NCBI GenBank assembly: GCA_018401705.1
Contig: JAGYKL010000008.1
Coordinates: 11,688 to 75,687 of the forward strand
Direction: 5' to 3'
Source: Bacteroidia bacterium
GTDB lineage: Bacteria > Bacteroidota > Bacteroidia > M30B66
DNA: 64,000 bases
The position numbers and the translations under genes were made by a program. The notes beneath the pieces were generated by a model. That model saw nothing but the letters and a program-made list of their open reading frames with translations, was not told the origin of the DNA and searched no databases. Positions 38,658 through 49,426 of this stretch are shown here, piece after piece (the stretch's first letter is position 1; each line of letters begins with the position of its first letter).

Positions 38658-38705
38658 GAATTCAAATTTCGGGAATTTCGCTTCTCAAAACTATAAAGAG
38701 GTTTG

Positions 38706-39662
38706 CTACTTATCACTAGTTGACAATGATAAATCGTTAGCCCTCTTCTTAAAGTAGTAACAAGAAGGTATCAGAATGGCTAATGAAACAATTGCTTGAA
38801 TATAGGCCGAATCTCCTGTTCCGGCTTCCTGAAAAGTAGCAGGCAAAATACTATGCTGCTCAGCATAACTTAATAGCACGGCTAAAGCATTATTGGCAAA
38901 ATGAGCTGCAATAGGAAAAACCAAAGAATTACCCCAATAGAATAAATAACCAAGAAACGCTCCTAAAACGAACCGAGGAATAAAACCAAAGAATTGAAAA
39001 TGTATAAAACTAAAAATGAATGCAGTTAACCATATAGCCAAATGTTGATTTGCGAAAACCTTAGCAATTAATGGTTGAATACTACCTCTGAAGAGCAACT
39101 CCTCGCCAATAGCTGGTAAAACAGCTAAAAGAATTACTGTTGGGATAAAATAAATTGGGGAATCCATTTTCAGGAACAATTCGGTAAGCTCTTTTGCTTC
39201 ATTTTCTCTCAGCTCCATCCATGTTTGAATACTTTGAAGTTGATGAGGTAAATTGAGTGATGCGTTAAGTTCGGCGAGCGCATTTACCAACGGTGTTTGC
39301 AGAACCATGAGAATCATGCAAAAAGCACTGCCTCCAAGAAGAAATCTGACTCCTGGTTTTTGATCAATTTGAAACGTTGGTTTAAAATAATATCTAATTA
39401 TAAGAGCAGGCATAACAAAAACGCCAACAGCCGACAAAGCTTGAGAAAGCTTAAGGAAATTAACAGCTCCGGGAATTGATGGATTATTTGCCAATTGACT
39501 TAGGTCTGTTATTGAATATGACCAAATCAGATTTCCCAGAATTAAACTTGCAAATGAGGCGATTGATAATCCAACAAAAACTAGCACAAACAGCAAAAGA
39601 AATTGCTTTTGAGGACTTGCATTTTTTAATGAATTGCTATTTGTAAATTGGAATTGCTCCAT
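38706..39662 (-). CDS. CPBP (CAAX/Abi) family intramembrane glutamic endopeptidase
   Basis: EELLFRG, FSFIH and AHFANN motifs in a multi-TM protein. Confidence 0.92.
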   Translation of the reverse strand: MEQFQFTNSNSLKNASPQKQFLLLFVLVFVGLSIASFASLILGNLIWSYSITDLSQLANNPSIPGAVNFLKLSQALSAVGVFVMPALIIRYYFKPTFQIDQKPGVRFLLGGSAFCMILMVLQTPLVNALAELNASLNLPHQLQSIQTWMELRENEAKELTELFLKMDSPIYFIPTVILLAVLPAIGEELLFRGSIQPLIAKVFANQHLAIWLTAFIFSFIHFQFFGFIPRFVLGAFLGYLFYWGNSLVFPIAAHFANNALAVLLSYAEQHSILPATFQEAGTGDSAYIQAIVSLAILIPSCYYFKKRANDLSLSTSDK

Positions 39663-39796
39663 GTTTTGCTTTGCTAAATTTACAATTGATTGTGCTCACA
39701 AAGTTCGAAATCTAGTTAACAAATAAGATGTTTTTCTACATAAACAGATTGCTCATCTGGTATTGCAGTATTTAGTACTTTTGCAGGCTCAATAGC

Positions 39797-40798
39797 ATGG
39801 TAAAAATAGGTGATATAGAATTGGGCGATTTTCCATTGCTTCTAGCTCCAATGGAGGATGTTAGTGACCCTCCTTTCAGATTAGTCTGCAAGAAATATGG
39901 GGCAGACATGATGTATACTGAGTTTATTTCATCAGAAGGTCTCATTAGAGATGCTGCAAAAAGCACCAAAAAGTTAGATATTTTCGAATACGAAAGACCA
40001 ATTGGAATTCAGCTTTTTGGTAGTGATATCGAATCAATGAGAGAAGCTGCAGAAATTGCTGCGCAGGCAAATCCAGATTTAATTGATATAAATTATGGTT
40101 GCCCTGTAAAAAACGTTGCTTGCAAAGGAGCCGGAGCTGCACTTCTTCAAGACATCCCGAAGATGGTGGCTATGACCAAAGAAATAGTCGATTGCACTAA
40201 TTTACCTGTTACTGTAAAAACTCGTTTGGGTTGGGATGACAACACCAAGAACATTGGGGAAGTTGCCGAAAGGCTCCAGGATATTGGAATTAAAGCCTTA
40301 AGTATACATGGAAGAACCAGAGCTCAATTGTATAAAGGGCCAGCTGATTGGACTTTAATTGGGGAAGTGAAAAACAACCCCAGAATTCATATTCCAATTT
40401 TCGGTAATGGAGATGTTGACACGCCTGAGAAAGCTCTAGAAATGAAAAACACGTTTGGTGTTGATGGAGTTATGATTGGGCGTGCAAGCATTGGATATCC
40501 TTGGATTTTCAACGAAATCAAGCATTTTATGCGCAGTGGAGAACATCTCATGCCACCGACCATAGCCGATAGAGTGCAGGTGTGCAGAACCCATCTAGAC
40601 GCTTCGATAGAATGGAAAGGCCCTGTTTTAGGAATTATTGAAATGCGCCGTCATTACACAAATTACTTTAAAGGAATACCCCACTTTAAGGAATATAGAA
40701 TGCAACTTGTTACCATAAAAACCCATGAAGAAGTTTCATCGGTTTTGGATGAAATAGAGCAAGTTCTGGGAACAAACCAATTACCAATAAACGTATAA
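39797..40798 (+). CDS. dusB: tRNA dihydrouridine synthase B
   Basis: LAPMEDVSD, IDINYGCP, TVKTRLGW, IHGRT, GNGDV, GVMIGR. Confidence 0.95.
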   Translation: MVKIGDIELGDFPLLLAPMEDVSDPPFRLVCKKYGADMMYTEFISSEGLIRDAAKSTKKLDIFEYERPIGIQLFGSDIESMREAAEIAAQANPDLIDINYGCPVKNVACKGAGAALLQDIPKMVAMTKEIVDCTNLPVTVKTRLGWDDNTKNIGEVAERLQDIGIKALSIHGRTRAQLYKGPADWTLIGEVKNNPRIHIPIFGNGDVDTPEKALEMKNTFGVDGVMIGRASIGYPWIFNEIKHFMRSGEHLMPPTIADRVQVCRTHLDASIEWKGPVLGIIEMRRHYTNYFKGIPHFKEYRMQLVTIKTHEEVSSVLDEIEQVLGTNQLPINV

Positions 40799-40799
40799 A

Positions 40800-41837
40800 A
40801 TGCTTCAGCAACCCGTCAATAAAACCGAACTAGGTGAACTAGGCGAATTTGGATTAATCAAGCAACTAACAAAGGATTTCAGTCTTAAGAATAAATCGAG
40901 CGTTTTAGGTGTTGGCGACGATGCGGCTATCTTGAATTACGATAATGCTGATGTGCTAATAAGCACGGATATGCTTCTCGAAGGCGTGCACTTTGACTTA
41001 ACATATACACCGTTAAAACATCTTGGCTATAAAGCTGCTGTGGTTAACTTTTCAGACATTTATGCAATGAACGGGAAGCCTGAGCAAATAACTGTTGGAC
41101 TAGCATGTTCTAATCGTTTTCCGGTTGAGGCTCTTGAGCAGTTATATGAAGGAATCGGGCTGGCTTGTGTAAACTACGGAGTAGATTTAGTGGGAGGAGA
41201 CACAACCTCATCAAAAGCCGGATTAATAGTTAGCATAACAGTTACAGGCTCTGTTGAAAAAGGCAAAGCTGTGACGAGAAATGGTGCTTCTAAGGGAGAT
41301 TTGCTGGTGGTTTCAGGAGACTTAGGCGGAGCTTACATGGGACTTCAACTGTTAGAAAGAGAAAAATCTGTGTTCATGGAAGCCCCTGGAACACAGCCCG
41401 ACTTAGAAGGTTATGATTATATCTTGGAAAGGCAATTAAAGCCTGAAGCAAGAGGGGATATCATTGAATTGCTTAAAGAGAAGGAAATTCAGCCAACTTC
41501 GATGATTGATATTTCTGATGGATTGGGTTCTGAAATTTTTCATCTTTGTGAGCAATCTTTGGTAGGATGTAAATTATATGAAGAAAAGATTCCTATTGAT
41601 CCAACAACATATAATTTGGCCAGAGAATTTGGAATAGATCCTACTGTTTGCGCCTTAAGCGGCGGAGAGGATTATGAGTTGCTTTTCTCAATCTCACAAG
41701 CTGATTATGATAAAATCAAAGGCTCAATGCTTGTAACGGTGATTGGCCACTTTACTGATCCTGCCGAAGGCAAACTACTGATAGATAAAAGCGGGGGAGT
41801 ACATGACTTAAAAGCCCAAGGCTGGAAGTCATTCTAA
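40800..41837 (+). CDS. thiL: Thiamine-monophosphate kinase
   Basis: GEFGLI, GDDAA, DMLLEGVHF, N.SDI.AM, GGDT, IDISDGL, GGEDYEL. Confidence 0.96.
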   Translation: MLQQPVNKTELGELGEFGLIKQLTKDFSLKNKSSVLGVGDDAAILNYDNADVLISTDMLLEGVHFDLTYTPLKHLGYKAAVVNFSDIYAMNGKPEQITVGLACSNRFPVEALEQLYEGIGLACVNYGVDLVGGDTTSSKAGLIVSITVTGSVEKGKAVTRNGASKGDLLVVSGDLGGAYMGLQLLEREKSVFMEAPGTQPDLEGYDYILERQLKPEARGDIIELLKEKEIQPTSMIDISDGLGSEIFHLCEQSLVGCKLYEEKIPIDPTTYNLAREFGIDPTVCALSGGEDYELLFSISQADYDKIKGSMLVTVIGHFTDPAEGKLLIDKSGGVHDLKAQGWKSF

Positions 41838-42629
41838 TCAGAGTATTTTCTCTAAAGCAAATGTTTGGATAGCTTTAACACTTTCCTTCTTTTGCTCAAT
41901 AAAACCTTCATGACCGCAATTCTCAAGAACGACAATAGTTGCATCTGGTCTTAAGCGATGCATTTCCTGAACCCTTTCTAAAGGAATAAGAAAATCATCC
42001 TGTCCTGTGATACACATCAAAGGGAATTTGGCATTTCTGAGAATCTCAGACCTATCAACTCGATTTTTCATCCCGCGTATAGCGGCAGTTATACCCTCTT
42101 TAGGCTGCTTTGCTGCAATCTTTACCATCTTAAAAATCCTCTTAGAAGCTTTCATACCGCTTCTTTCGAAGAAAAGATTAGGTATTACAGAAGTGATATA
42201 CTTCATTTTATGAGTTTCGGCAGCTTTAATTGACCTATCTCTATCTATTTTCCTTTCAGGAGTATCCTCAAAGCATGTTGAGCTAAATAAAACAAGCCCT
42301 TTCACTTTATCAGGAAAAGTTTCTGCAAATGCTAGAGCCACATAACCTCCCATAGAATGACCAACTAATAAGGCCTCTCCTACCCTTTCGGCTTCGAGCA
42401 CAGCTCTAACAGCATCCGCCATAAATTCCATGGAATGAGTTTCTCCATAAACACTTGATTTTCCATGACCAGGAAGATTTATCCTAATCACCCGGAATTT
42501 CGGGGAAAGCTTTTGTATAAACGGTCTCCAAATTCTCGCATTCTCCATGAAGCCATGAAGAAAAACAATTACAGGGCCCTGTCCTTCAGCCTTGTATCTA
42601 ATGGTTCCGTTAGCAAATGAAATCTGCAT
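41838..42629 (-). CDS. Alpha/beta fold hydrolase
   Basis: FLHGF, LPGHG, GHSMGG, G.DD, CGH. Confidence 0.9.
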   Translation of the reverse strand: MQISFANGTIRYKAEGQGPVIVFLHGFMENARIWRPFIQKLSPKFRVIRINLPGHGKSSVYGETHSMEFMADAVRAVLEAERVGEALLVGHSMGGYVALAFAETFPDKVKGLVLFSSTCFEDTPERKIDRDRSIKAAETHKMKYITSVIPNLFFERSGMKASKRIFKMVKIAAKQPKEGITAAIRGMKNRVDRSEILRNAKFPLMCITGQDDFLIPLERVQEMHRLRPDATIVVLENCGHEGFIEQKKESVKAIQTFALEKIL

Positions 42630-42803
42630 GAATTATTCTGCTAGGCGTGGCAAATTACAATAAAACCTAAACGAATTCTAAGTTTTCAAAAGCTTAACAT
42701 TAGGCTTAAAAAAAAACACTTGTGAAGGTGATATGCTTTTTCGTCCTTTGCGCGCCGGGAACGATGGATTTCTCGAGAATATAAACATCAATTTATCAAT
42801 CAA

Positions 42804-44030
42804 ATGAAAAAAATTAAAGTCGCTAATCCTGTTGTAGAACTTGATGGAGATGAGATGACAAGAATCATCTGGCGTTTTATTAAAGACAAGTTAATACTTG
42901 AGTATCTGGATTTAGATATTAAGTATTACGATTTAGGAATGGAGTTTCGTGACGAAACGAACGACCAGGTTACAATTGATGCTGCTGAAGCGATTAAGAA
43001 ATATAACGTTGGAATAAAGTGTGCTACAATTACTCCAGATGAGGCGAGAGTTAAAGAATTTGGCTTGAAGCAAATGTGGAGAAGTCCTAATGGCACTATT
43101 CGTAACATTCTTGATGGAACTGTTTTTCGTGAGCCGATAGTATGTAGTAATGTGCCTCGTTTGGTACCTAATTGGACTGCTCCTATTTGTATAGGCCGTC
43201 ATGCTTTCGGAGATCAATATCGCGCTACTGATTTTGTTACTAAAGGAAAAGGAAAGCTTACTGTAAAGTTCGAAGCTGAGTCGGGAGAAGTAACCGAATT
43301 TGAAGTATACAATTTCAAAGGTGATGGTGTAGCACTTGCTATGTATAATACCGATGAATCAATTAGAGGATTTGCAAGAGCTTGCTTTAATCAGGCAATT
43401 AGCAAAAAATGGCCACTTTATTTAAGCACGAAAAACACCATCCTTAAAAAATACGATGGCCGTTTCAAAGATATCTTTGAGGAAATCTATCAAGATGAAT
43501 TTAAATCTCAAATGGATGAGATTGGAATTACTTATGAGCATAGACTAATCGACGATATGGTTGCTTCAGCTCTAAAATGGAATGGTAATTTTGTTTGGGC
43601 TTGTAAAAATTATGATGGAGACGTGCAAAGTGATACTGTTGCTCAAGGTTTTGGCTCTCTAGGACTTATGACTTCAGTTTTAGTGACACCAGATGGAAAA
43701 ACAATGGAAGCAGAAGCAGCACATGGTACTGTTACTCGTCACTATAGAATGCATCAACAAGGAAAGAAAACTTCAACAAATCCAATTGCAAGTATTTTTG
43801 CTTGGACAAGAGGCCTTGAGCATCGTGGAAGACTAGATGGAAATGAAGCGTTAATTAACTTCTGCAAAACTCTTGAAACTGTTTGCGTTGATGTAGTTGA
43901 AAGCGGTAAAATGACTAAAGATCTTGCTGTTTGTATTCATGGAAATAAGGTAACAGATGATCAGTATTTGAATACAGAAGATTTTCTTGAAGCGATAAAC
44001 CAAACTTTACGCGAAAGATTATCGGCATAA
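42804..44030 (+). CDS. icd: NADP-dependent isocitrate dehydrogenase (IDH1/2-like)
   Basis: [46 protein letters not shown]. Confidence 0.98.
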   Translation: MKKIKVANPVVELDGDEMTRIIWRFIKDKLILEYLDLDIKYYDLGMEFRDETNDQVTIDAAEAIKKYNVGIKCATITPDEARVKEFGLKQMWRSPNGTIRNILDGTVFREPIVCSNVPRLVPNWTAPICIGRHAFGDQYRATDFVTKGKGKLTVKFEAESGEVTEFEVYNFKGDGVALAMYNTDESIRGFARACFNQAISKKWPLYLSTKNTILKKYDGRFKDIFEEIYQDEFKSQMDEIGITYEHRLIDDMVASALKWNGNFVWACKNYDGDVQSDTVAQGFGSLGLMTSVLVTPDGKTMEAEAAHGTVTRHYRMHQQGKKTSTNPIASIFAWTRGLEHRGRLDGNEALINFCKTLETVCVDVVESGKMTKDLAVCIHGNKVTDDQYLNTEDFLEAINQTLRERLSA

Positions 44031-44049
44031 TCTAATTATTCTAAGTTTT

Positions 44050-44083
44050 AAACGGCTGTGTCTTTAAGATTCAGCCGTTTTTT
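44050..44083. terminator. Terminator between convergent icd and esterase genes
   Basis: AAACGGCTG...CAGCCGTTT stem followed by a T run on the plus strand. Confidence 0.8.
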
Positions 44084-45287
44084 ATTGCCTAATTAACACA
44101 CGTTGAATTGAACCTGTCTCAGTATCTTTAATAAAATAAAGCCCTGAACTGAGTCCTGAGAAGTCATGCTTATTTTCATGAATTAAAGCCCCTTGTCCAT
44201 TAATAACTATAAATGTCTTAGGCATTTGAGAATAAGTCATATTAAGAGCATTATCAATCAGAATCACTTCCTTTTCATAATATTCATTGTTACTCAACGG
44301 TATTTCACACACCATCCTTTGATTGAAAAATTCGGCCATCAATTCTACCTCTTGCTGCCAAAAAGGAAAACAAGGTTCATGGAGATTATGAGGGCACGTT
44401 TCACTAGAGAAGATTTGAATTTGATGGTCAATTCCAAAATTATTTAGTTGTTCAGATAAGTTTTCAATACCGCACGAAACCGGATAATTAGAACCGCAAT
44501 TATCAATCTGCCACCAAGATGAACATTCGGTAATTGGAACCAAATAAGGGTCTTGGTCATTATTAAAAGCAATTATATCTGGGTTCGTTCCTTGATTCAA
44601 AAGCTCTGGAAATAAAATCGAAGAGCTAAAGGTAGCAATAGCCTTAATTTCAGGTATATCTGTATGAACATTGGCCAAATCGGGTCTTGAAAGTTCATTT
44701 GAATTCAATGTTATTGGACTTTGCTCAAAGCATTGAAGAGGTTTCTCGAATTCTTGATCAAGCATTGCCGCTCCTAATGCAACATAACCACCGGCACTCC
44801 AGCCTGCAAGAAATATTAAGTTAGTATCAATTCCAAAGGTTTCATGATTCAGTTTGAAATAATCAATTGCACTTTGGCAATCATGTACAGAACGATACCA
44901 TGCCCTAATGGCTTCAGTAGTATCGAAAGAGCAATAGCCCTCTCCGACCCAGCCTAAGCGGTAAGAAATACTGGCCGACAAGTAACCCTTCTTAGCAAAT
45001 GAAACTGCTAGCGAGTCCATGAGATTTGGAGTTCCGCCTGTAAATCCTCCACCATGAATTAACAATAAGAGTGGTTTATCTGAGCAGGTATTCTCTTGCC
45101 CTACCCATATCCTGGCTTTGCCATCGACCAAAGATTGGTCAAACTTGATCAAGCCTTGAGCATAAGTGGCTTCATTGAATGTTCCAACAGAAAAGATTTC
45201 ATTTAAATGATCTCCACAACAGCTTTGACTAAAGGAAATTTTAGAAGTGCTTACAGCAATTAAAAGAATAATAGCAACTCTCATCAT
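44082..45287 (-). CDS. Secreted carboxylesterase/lipase (HGGG-type alpha/beta hydrolase) with T9SS-like C-terminus
   Basis: Signal peptide (MMRVAIILLIAV...), IHGGGF, ISYRLG, GWSAGG; C-terminal LSSGLYFIK...RVLIRQ. Start placed at 45287. Confidence 0.8.
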   Translation of the reverse strand: MMRVAIILLIAVSTSKISFSQSCCGDHLNEIFSVGTFNEATYAQGLIKFDQSLVDGKARIWVGQENTCSDKPLLLLIHGGGFTGGTPNLMDSLAVSFAKKGYLSASISYRLGWVGEGYCSFDTTEAIRAWYRSVHDCQSAIDYFKLNHETFGIDTNLIFLAGWSAGGYVALGAAMLDQEFEKPLQCFEQSPITLNSNELSRPDLANVHTDIPEIKAIATFSSSILFPELLNQGTNPDIIAFNNDQDPYLVPITECSSWWQIDNCGSNYPVSCGIENLSEQLNNFGIDHQIQIFSSETCPHNLHEPCFPFWQQEVELMAEFFNQRMVCEIPLSNNEYYEKEVILIDNALNMTYSQMPKTFIVINGQGALIHENKHDFSGLSSGLYFIKDTETGSIQRVLIRQ

Positions 45288-45357
45288 CACTACTTTAGTT
45301 TGTTGACCAATTAAGCAAATAAATTTCTCGCATCCATGAAACAAACTTTACAGATAT

Positions 45358-47091
45358 CTAAATCTTTATGTCTTTAATCATCCACTGGAGAGAAATATTT
45401 CCATTCCAGTGATTTTCATCCAAAGAAAAACACACATCTACAGGCATTCCCTGTGAAACAGGAGCGAAAAACTCGCCTTTATTAAATGCTATTGCATCAA
45501 AATAGGGCTGATGAGGTTTGCCCAATTTCATTTTCAAGTGATTTACACCAACCAGTTTAGCATAGCCTGAATCTGTTAGACCTCTGCTCATAAATACAGG
45601 AGCCATATTGCCAGGACCAAAAGGAGCAAATCGCTTCACCATTTTGTATAATGAAGGAGTTATATGGGCAGGTTCGGCTTCTAAGTCAATTAAAATTTCT
45701 TCAACTTTTTGCTCCTCCCTAATCATTGCTGAAACCACTTCTTCAAACTTGAGCCTGAAAGCTGGTAAATTTTCAGGAAGTAACGTGAGTCCGGCTGCAG
45801 CTTGATGGCCACCAAATTGAACCAAATACTCTGAACATTGAGAAATGGCATCATGTATATCAAAGCCTTTCACCGATCGAGCACTTCCGGTTATCAAGCC
45901 TTTAGATTGAGTTAAAATGATTGTTGGGCGATAATACTTTTCCATCATTCTGGAAGCAACGATACCTACTACTCCTTTGTGCCAATCATCTTTGAATAAT
46001 ACTGTAGATGCTGCAAACTGATTTTCTGATGAAGAATCGAGCATTGCCAAGGCCTCTGAAGTCATGTTTTTATCAAGATTAACTCTCGAATTATTTAACT
46101 CGGTAATTTTAGAAAGCGAGCGTTGTAATATTTCTTCTGATTCGCCTAGAAGCAAGTCAACTGCTGTTTTGCCATGATCAATTCTGCCAGCAGCATTAAT
46201 TAGTGGAGCCACTTTGAAAACCAAATCACTAATCTCAACTGCTTTCGTGCTAGGCACACTTCCTGGCTTCTCTTTTGAAAGCAGCATTCTTTGAATGCTT
46301 TCACTTTTTCCAGAATTAATTTGCTTTAAACCAAGATATGCAAGACTACGATTTTCGCCTGTAATAGGCACAATGTCAGCTGCAATTGAAAGAGCGACAA
46401 GATCAAGGTAATGCAAAACACTATCTTGAACTCTTGAAGTTTCGTTAAATGCCTGTATCAATTTAAATCCGATACCAGCTCCAGAAAGTTCTTTGTAAGG
46501 GTATTTACATCCTTTCTTTTTAGGGTCAAGAACTGCTACTGCATCAGGAATTTCATCACCGGGAAGATGATGATCGCAAATTATAAAATCAATGCCTAAT
46601 TCTGAAGCATACTTTACTTTGTCAACAGATCGGATTCCGCAATCAAGAGCAATTATAAGTTTGCATCCCAGCGAAGCTGCCCTATCTATTCCAACTGTTG
46701 AAACTCCATATCCTTCTTCATAGCGATCCGGAATGTGGAAATAAATTTTATTGGGAAAAACATTCTTAAAGTATGAATACACCAAAGCAACGGAAGTAGT
46801 TCCATCAACATCATAATCGCCAAAAATGAGTATGCTTTCCTGATTTGAAACAGCTTTTCTAATCCGCTCCACAGCCTGATGCATTCCTTGCATTAGAAAT
46901 GGGTCGTGCAATTGAGATTCTCCAGGTGTAAAAAACTCTTTGGCTTCCTCGTAACTTGTTATCCCTCTTTGAATTAATAAATTTATAATAAGGTCATCCA
47001 CCTGAAGTGATTTCTTCAGCTGAGCGAAAATTTCCGGGTTTGGCTTCTCTGCCAATTTCCAGGATTTTGCGACCGGTAATACATCATACAT
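45358..47091 (-). CDS. recJ: Single-stranded DNA exonuclease RecJ
   Basis: GDYDVDG, DCG, DHH, NAAGR, GSARS, GGH..AAG, PFGPGN. Confidence 0.97.
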   Translation of the reverse strand: MYDVLPVAKSWKLAEKPNPEIFAQLKKSLQVDDLIINLLIQRGITSYEEAKEFFTPGESQLHDPFLMQGMHQAVERIRKAVSNQESILIFGDYDVDGTTSVALVYSYFKNVFPNKIYFHIPDRYEEGYGVSTVGIDRAASLGCKLIIALDCGIRSVDKVKYASELGIDFIICDHHLPGDEIPDAVAVLDPKKKGCKYPYKELSGAGIGFKLIQAFNETSRVQDSVLHYLDLVALSIAADIVPITGENRSLAYLGLKQINSGKSESIQRMLLSKEKPGSVPSTKAVEISDLVFKVAPLINAAGRIDHGKTAVDLLLGESEEILQRSLSKITELNNSRVNLDKNMTSEALAMLDSSSENQFAASTVLFKDDWHKGVVGIVASRMMEKYYRPTIILTQSKGLITGSARSVKGFDIHDAISQCSEYLVQFGGHQAAAGLTLLPENLPAFRLKFEEVVSAMIREEQKVEEILIDLEAEPAHITPSLYKMVKRFAPFGPGNMAPVFMSRGLTDSGYAKLVGVNHLKMKLGKPHQPYFDAIAFNKGEFFAPVSQGMPVDVCFSLDENHWNGNISLQWMIKDIKI

Positions 47092-47308
47092 AGCACTCTG
47101 ATTTTATTGAGTCCTCGAAAAAAGAACAGTTAACAAACTTAAGCTTTTAGGCTGCTGAGAAAAAATGAAAAACTCAGCTTTCAGCATAACTTTTCAACCA
47201 GCTTGTTTAAAACTAAACTCAAATTGATAGTATCATTGTGCTTTAGAACAAATGAAAAAGAAATCACGCATTTCAAACAAATAGGTACAAATGCAGTTTT
47301 GATAATTC

Positions 47309-48781
47309 ATGAAAGCCAAAAAAGTCATAGTAGTTGGTGCTGGTATTGCAGGCATTTCATCGTCGATTAGACTGGCGGCAAAAGGCTATAAGGTGAGTGT
47401 TTTTGAACAAAACAGCTACCCTGGCGGGAAGCTCACTGAAATAAGTCAAGATGGATTTCGATGGGACGCAGGTCCATCCCTTTTTACTCTTCCAGAGCAA
47501 GTTGACGAATTGTTTGAACTCGCCGGCGAGGAAGCAAGAAATCATTTCAATTACATTCAACTTCCCGTTGTTTGCCACTATTTCTGGGATGACGGTATGT
47601 TTCTAAAGGCTTACGCGGATGAAAATGCCTTTGCTAATGAGGTAGAAAAGGTGCTTGGTGTTGATTCAAGCAAAATAAAGAAGTACTTGCAAAAAAGCCG
47701 ATTTATTTATCAAACCACAGCGCCCGTTTTTCTGCATCAATCACTTCATAAGTTCAAAAATTATCTCAACATTAAAACACTTAAAGGTGTATTAAGAATG
47801 CCTCGTTTAGGGCTTTTCTCTTTGCTTCACAAAGAAAATCAAAGGCAACTTACACATCCTCGCTTAGTTCAGCTTTTCGATAGATATGCGACCTACAATG
47901 GCTCCGACCCTTATCAAGCACCTGCTGTTTTGCAAAGTATACCGCATTTGGAGTTTGGGCAAGGCGCGTGGTTTCCTAAAGGCGGAATGATTTCAATTAC
48001 CAATGCATTAACTGATTTAGCTAAACGCCAAGGAGTTGAATTCAACTTCTCTCAAACTGTTGATGAGATTGTTGTTGAAGATTCAAAAGTCAAAGGAATC
48101 ATGGCCGGGAGCCAATTTATTGATAGTGATTTAGTTGTATGCAATTCCGACATAATTCCAGCATATCGCAAATTGCTTTCAAAGGAAAATGCTCCGGAAA
48201 AGGTATTGTCACAGCCTCGGTCTAGCTCGGCTTTGATATTTTATTGGGGAATTAATAAAATCTTCAAGCAGCTCGACATGCATAATATTTTCTTTAGCAA
48301 AGGCTACAAGAAAGAGTTTGAGTTAATCACAGAGGGAAATGAGATTTCTGATGATCCAACTGTTTATATTAATATTACGTCAAACCTTCAGAATTCGGAT
48401 GCTCCAGAAGGATGTTCAAATTGGTTTGTAATGATTAATGTGCCGGGAAATAAGGGACAAGATTGGGAAAAGCTTATTGAAGAAAGTAGAAAGAATATTA
48501 TCCGCAAGCTCAGTAAAGTTCTTCATGATGATGTTGAATCTCATATTATTTCAGAGTCTGTTTTAGACCCAAGACTTATCGAATCAAAGACTTCTTCATT
48601 CGGAGGTTCTTTATACGGAAGCAGCTCCAACAACTTATATGCAGCATTTCTGAGGCATGCCAATTACTCGGCAAAAATCAAAAACCTTTACTTTTGTGGA
48701 GGAAGCGTTCACCCTGGCGGGGGAATCCCGCTTTGTTTGCAAAGTGCAAGAATAGTAGCTGATTTAATTCCCCAAGCATGA
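47309..48781 (+). CDS. crtD: 1-hydroxycarotenoid 3,4-desaturase (CrtI/CrtD family)
   Basis: GAGIAG FAD site, DAGPSLFT, RYATYNGSDP, GSLYGSSSN..AAFLRH, GGSVHPGGGIPLCL, as in Bacteroidota CrtD rather than CrtI. Adjacent to a cruF-like gene. Confidence 0.82.
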   Translation: MKAKKVIVVGAGIAGISSSIRLAAKGYKVSVFEQNSYPGGKLTEISQDGFRWDAGPSLFTLPEQVDELFELAGEEARNHFNYIQLPVVCHYFWDDGMFLKAYADENAFANEVEKVLGVDSSKIKKYLQKSRFIYQTTAPVFLHQSLHKFKNYLNIKTLKGVLRMPRLGLFSLLHKENQRQLTHPRLVQLFDRYATYNGSDPYQAPAVLQSIPHLEFGQGAWFPKGGMISITNALTDLAKRQGVEFNFSQTVDEIVVEDSKVKGIMAGSQFIDSDLVVCNSDIIPAYRKLLSKENAPEKVLSQPRSSSALIFYWGINKIFKQLDMHNIFFSKGYKKEFELITEGNEISDDPTVYINITSNLQNSDAPEGCSNWFVMINVPGNKGQDWEKLIEESRKNIIRKLSKVLHDDVESHIISESVLDPRLIESKTSSFGGSLYGSSSNNLYAAFLRHANYSAKIKNLYFCGGSVHPGGGIPLCLQSARIVADLIPQA

Positions 48782-49425
48782 GTCCGTTTGCTAAAAAACT
48801 TCCATTTAAATTTACGGAGACTCATGCGGCAGCTGTGCTACTAATCTTTCATGCTGTTGGCGTTATTGGCTTATCGAGTTCATTCCGCTCGCTGATTCTT
48901 CCACTGAGCTCCTTTAACCTTTTATTAAGTTTTTCTATTCTTTTAGCCTTTCATCCGAGATATAATCTTAGGTTTTGGATTTTTGCCATAACTAGCTTTA
49001 TTGTTGGCTTTGGTGCTGAATGGATTGGAGTTCACACGGGTTGGTTATTCGGCAATTACGATTATGGAACTGCATTGGGCTGGAAATTAGATGGCATTCC
49101 TGTGATAATTGGTATTAATTGGCTAATGCTTTCAATTGTATGCGGAGAATTGTCAGCCTCATTTTTAAAAAACAACTATGTAAGGGCTATTATAGGTGCT
49201 GTTTTAATGACTTGCTTAGATTATCTCATAGAGCCTGTTGCCATTAACTTAGGATTTTGGCATTGGTTTGGGGCAAATATTCCGCTTTCGAACTATTTTG
49301 GTTGGTTTATAATAGCACTGCCTTTGCAATTTCTTTATCAATGGTCGAGAAGCGGAAACAATCCGCTGGCAAAATGGTTATTTTTGTCACAAGTATTATT
49401 TTTTATCGTTTTGCAGATTCTATAA
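48778..49425 (+). CDS. cruF: Carotenoid 1,2-hydratase (CruF/DUF422 family)
   Basis: EWIGVHTG.LFG.Y.YG..LG, IP..IG.NW, D..IEP.A, P.SNYFGW. Confidence 0.8.
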   Translation: MSPFAKKLPFKFTETHAAAVLLIFHAVGVIGLSSSFRSLILPLSSFNLLLSFSILLAFHPRYNLRFWIFAITSFIVGFGAEWIGVHTGWLFGNYDYGTALGWKLDGIPVIIGINWLMLSIVCGELSASFLKNNYVRAIIGAVLMTCLDYLIEPVAINLGFWHWFGANIPLSNYFGWFIIALPLQFLYQWSRSGNNPLAKWLFLSQVLFFIVLQIL

Positions 49426-49426
49426 G

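Noticed and set aside
38706-39662. CPBP/Abi protein as a phage abortive-infection gene
   Set aside because: The Abi label of this family is historical; it has intact protease motifs and a housekeeping context beside dusB.
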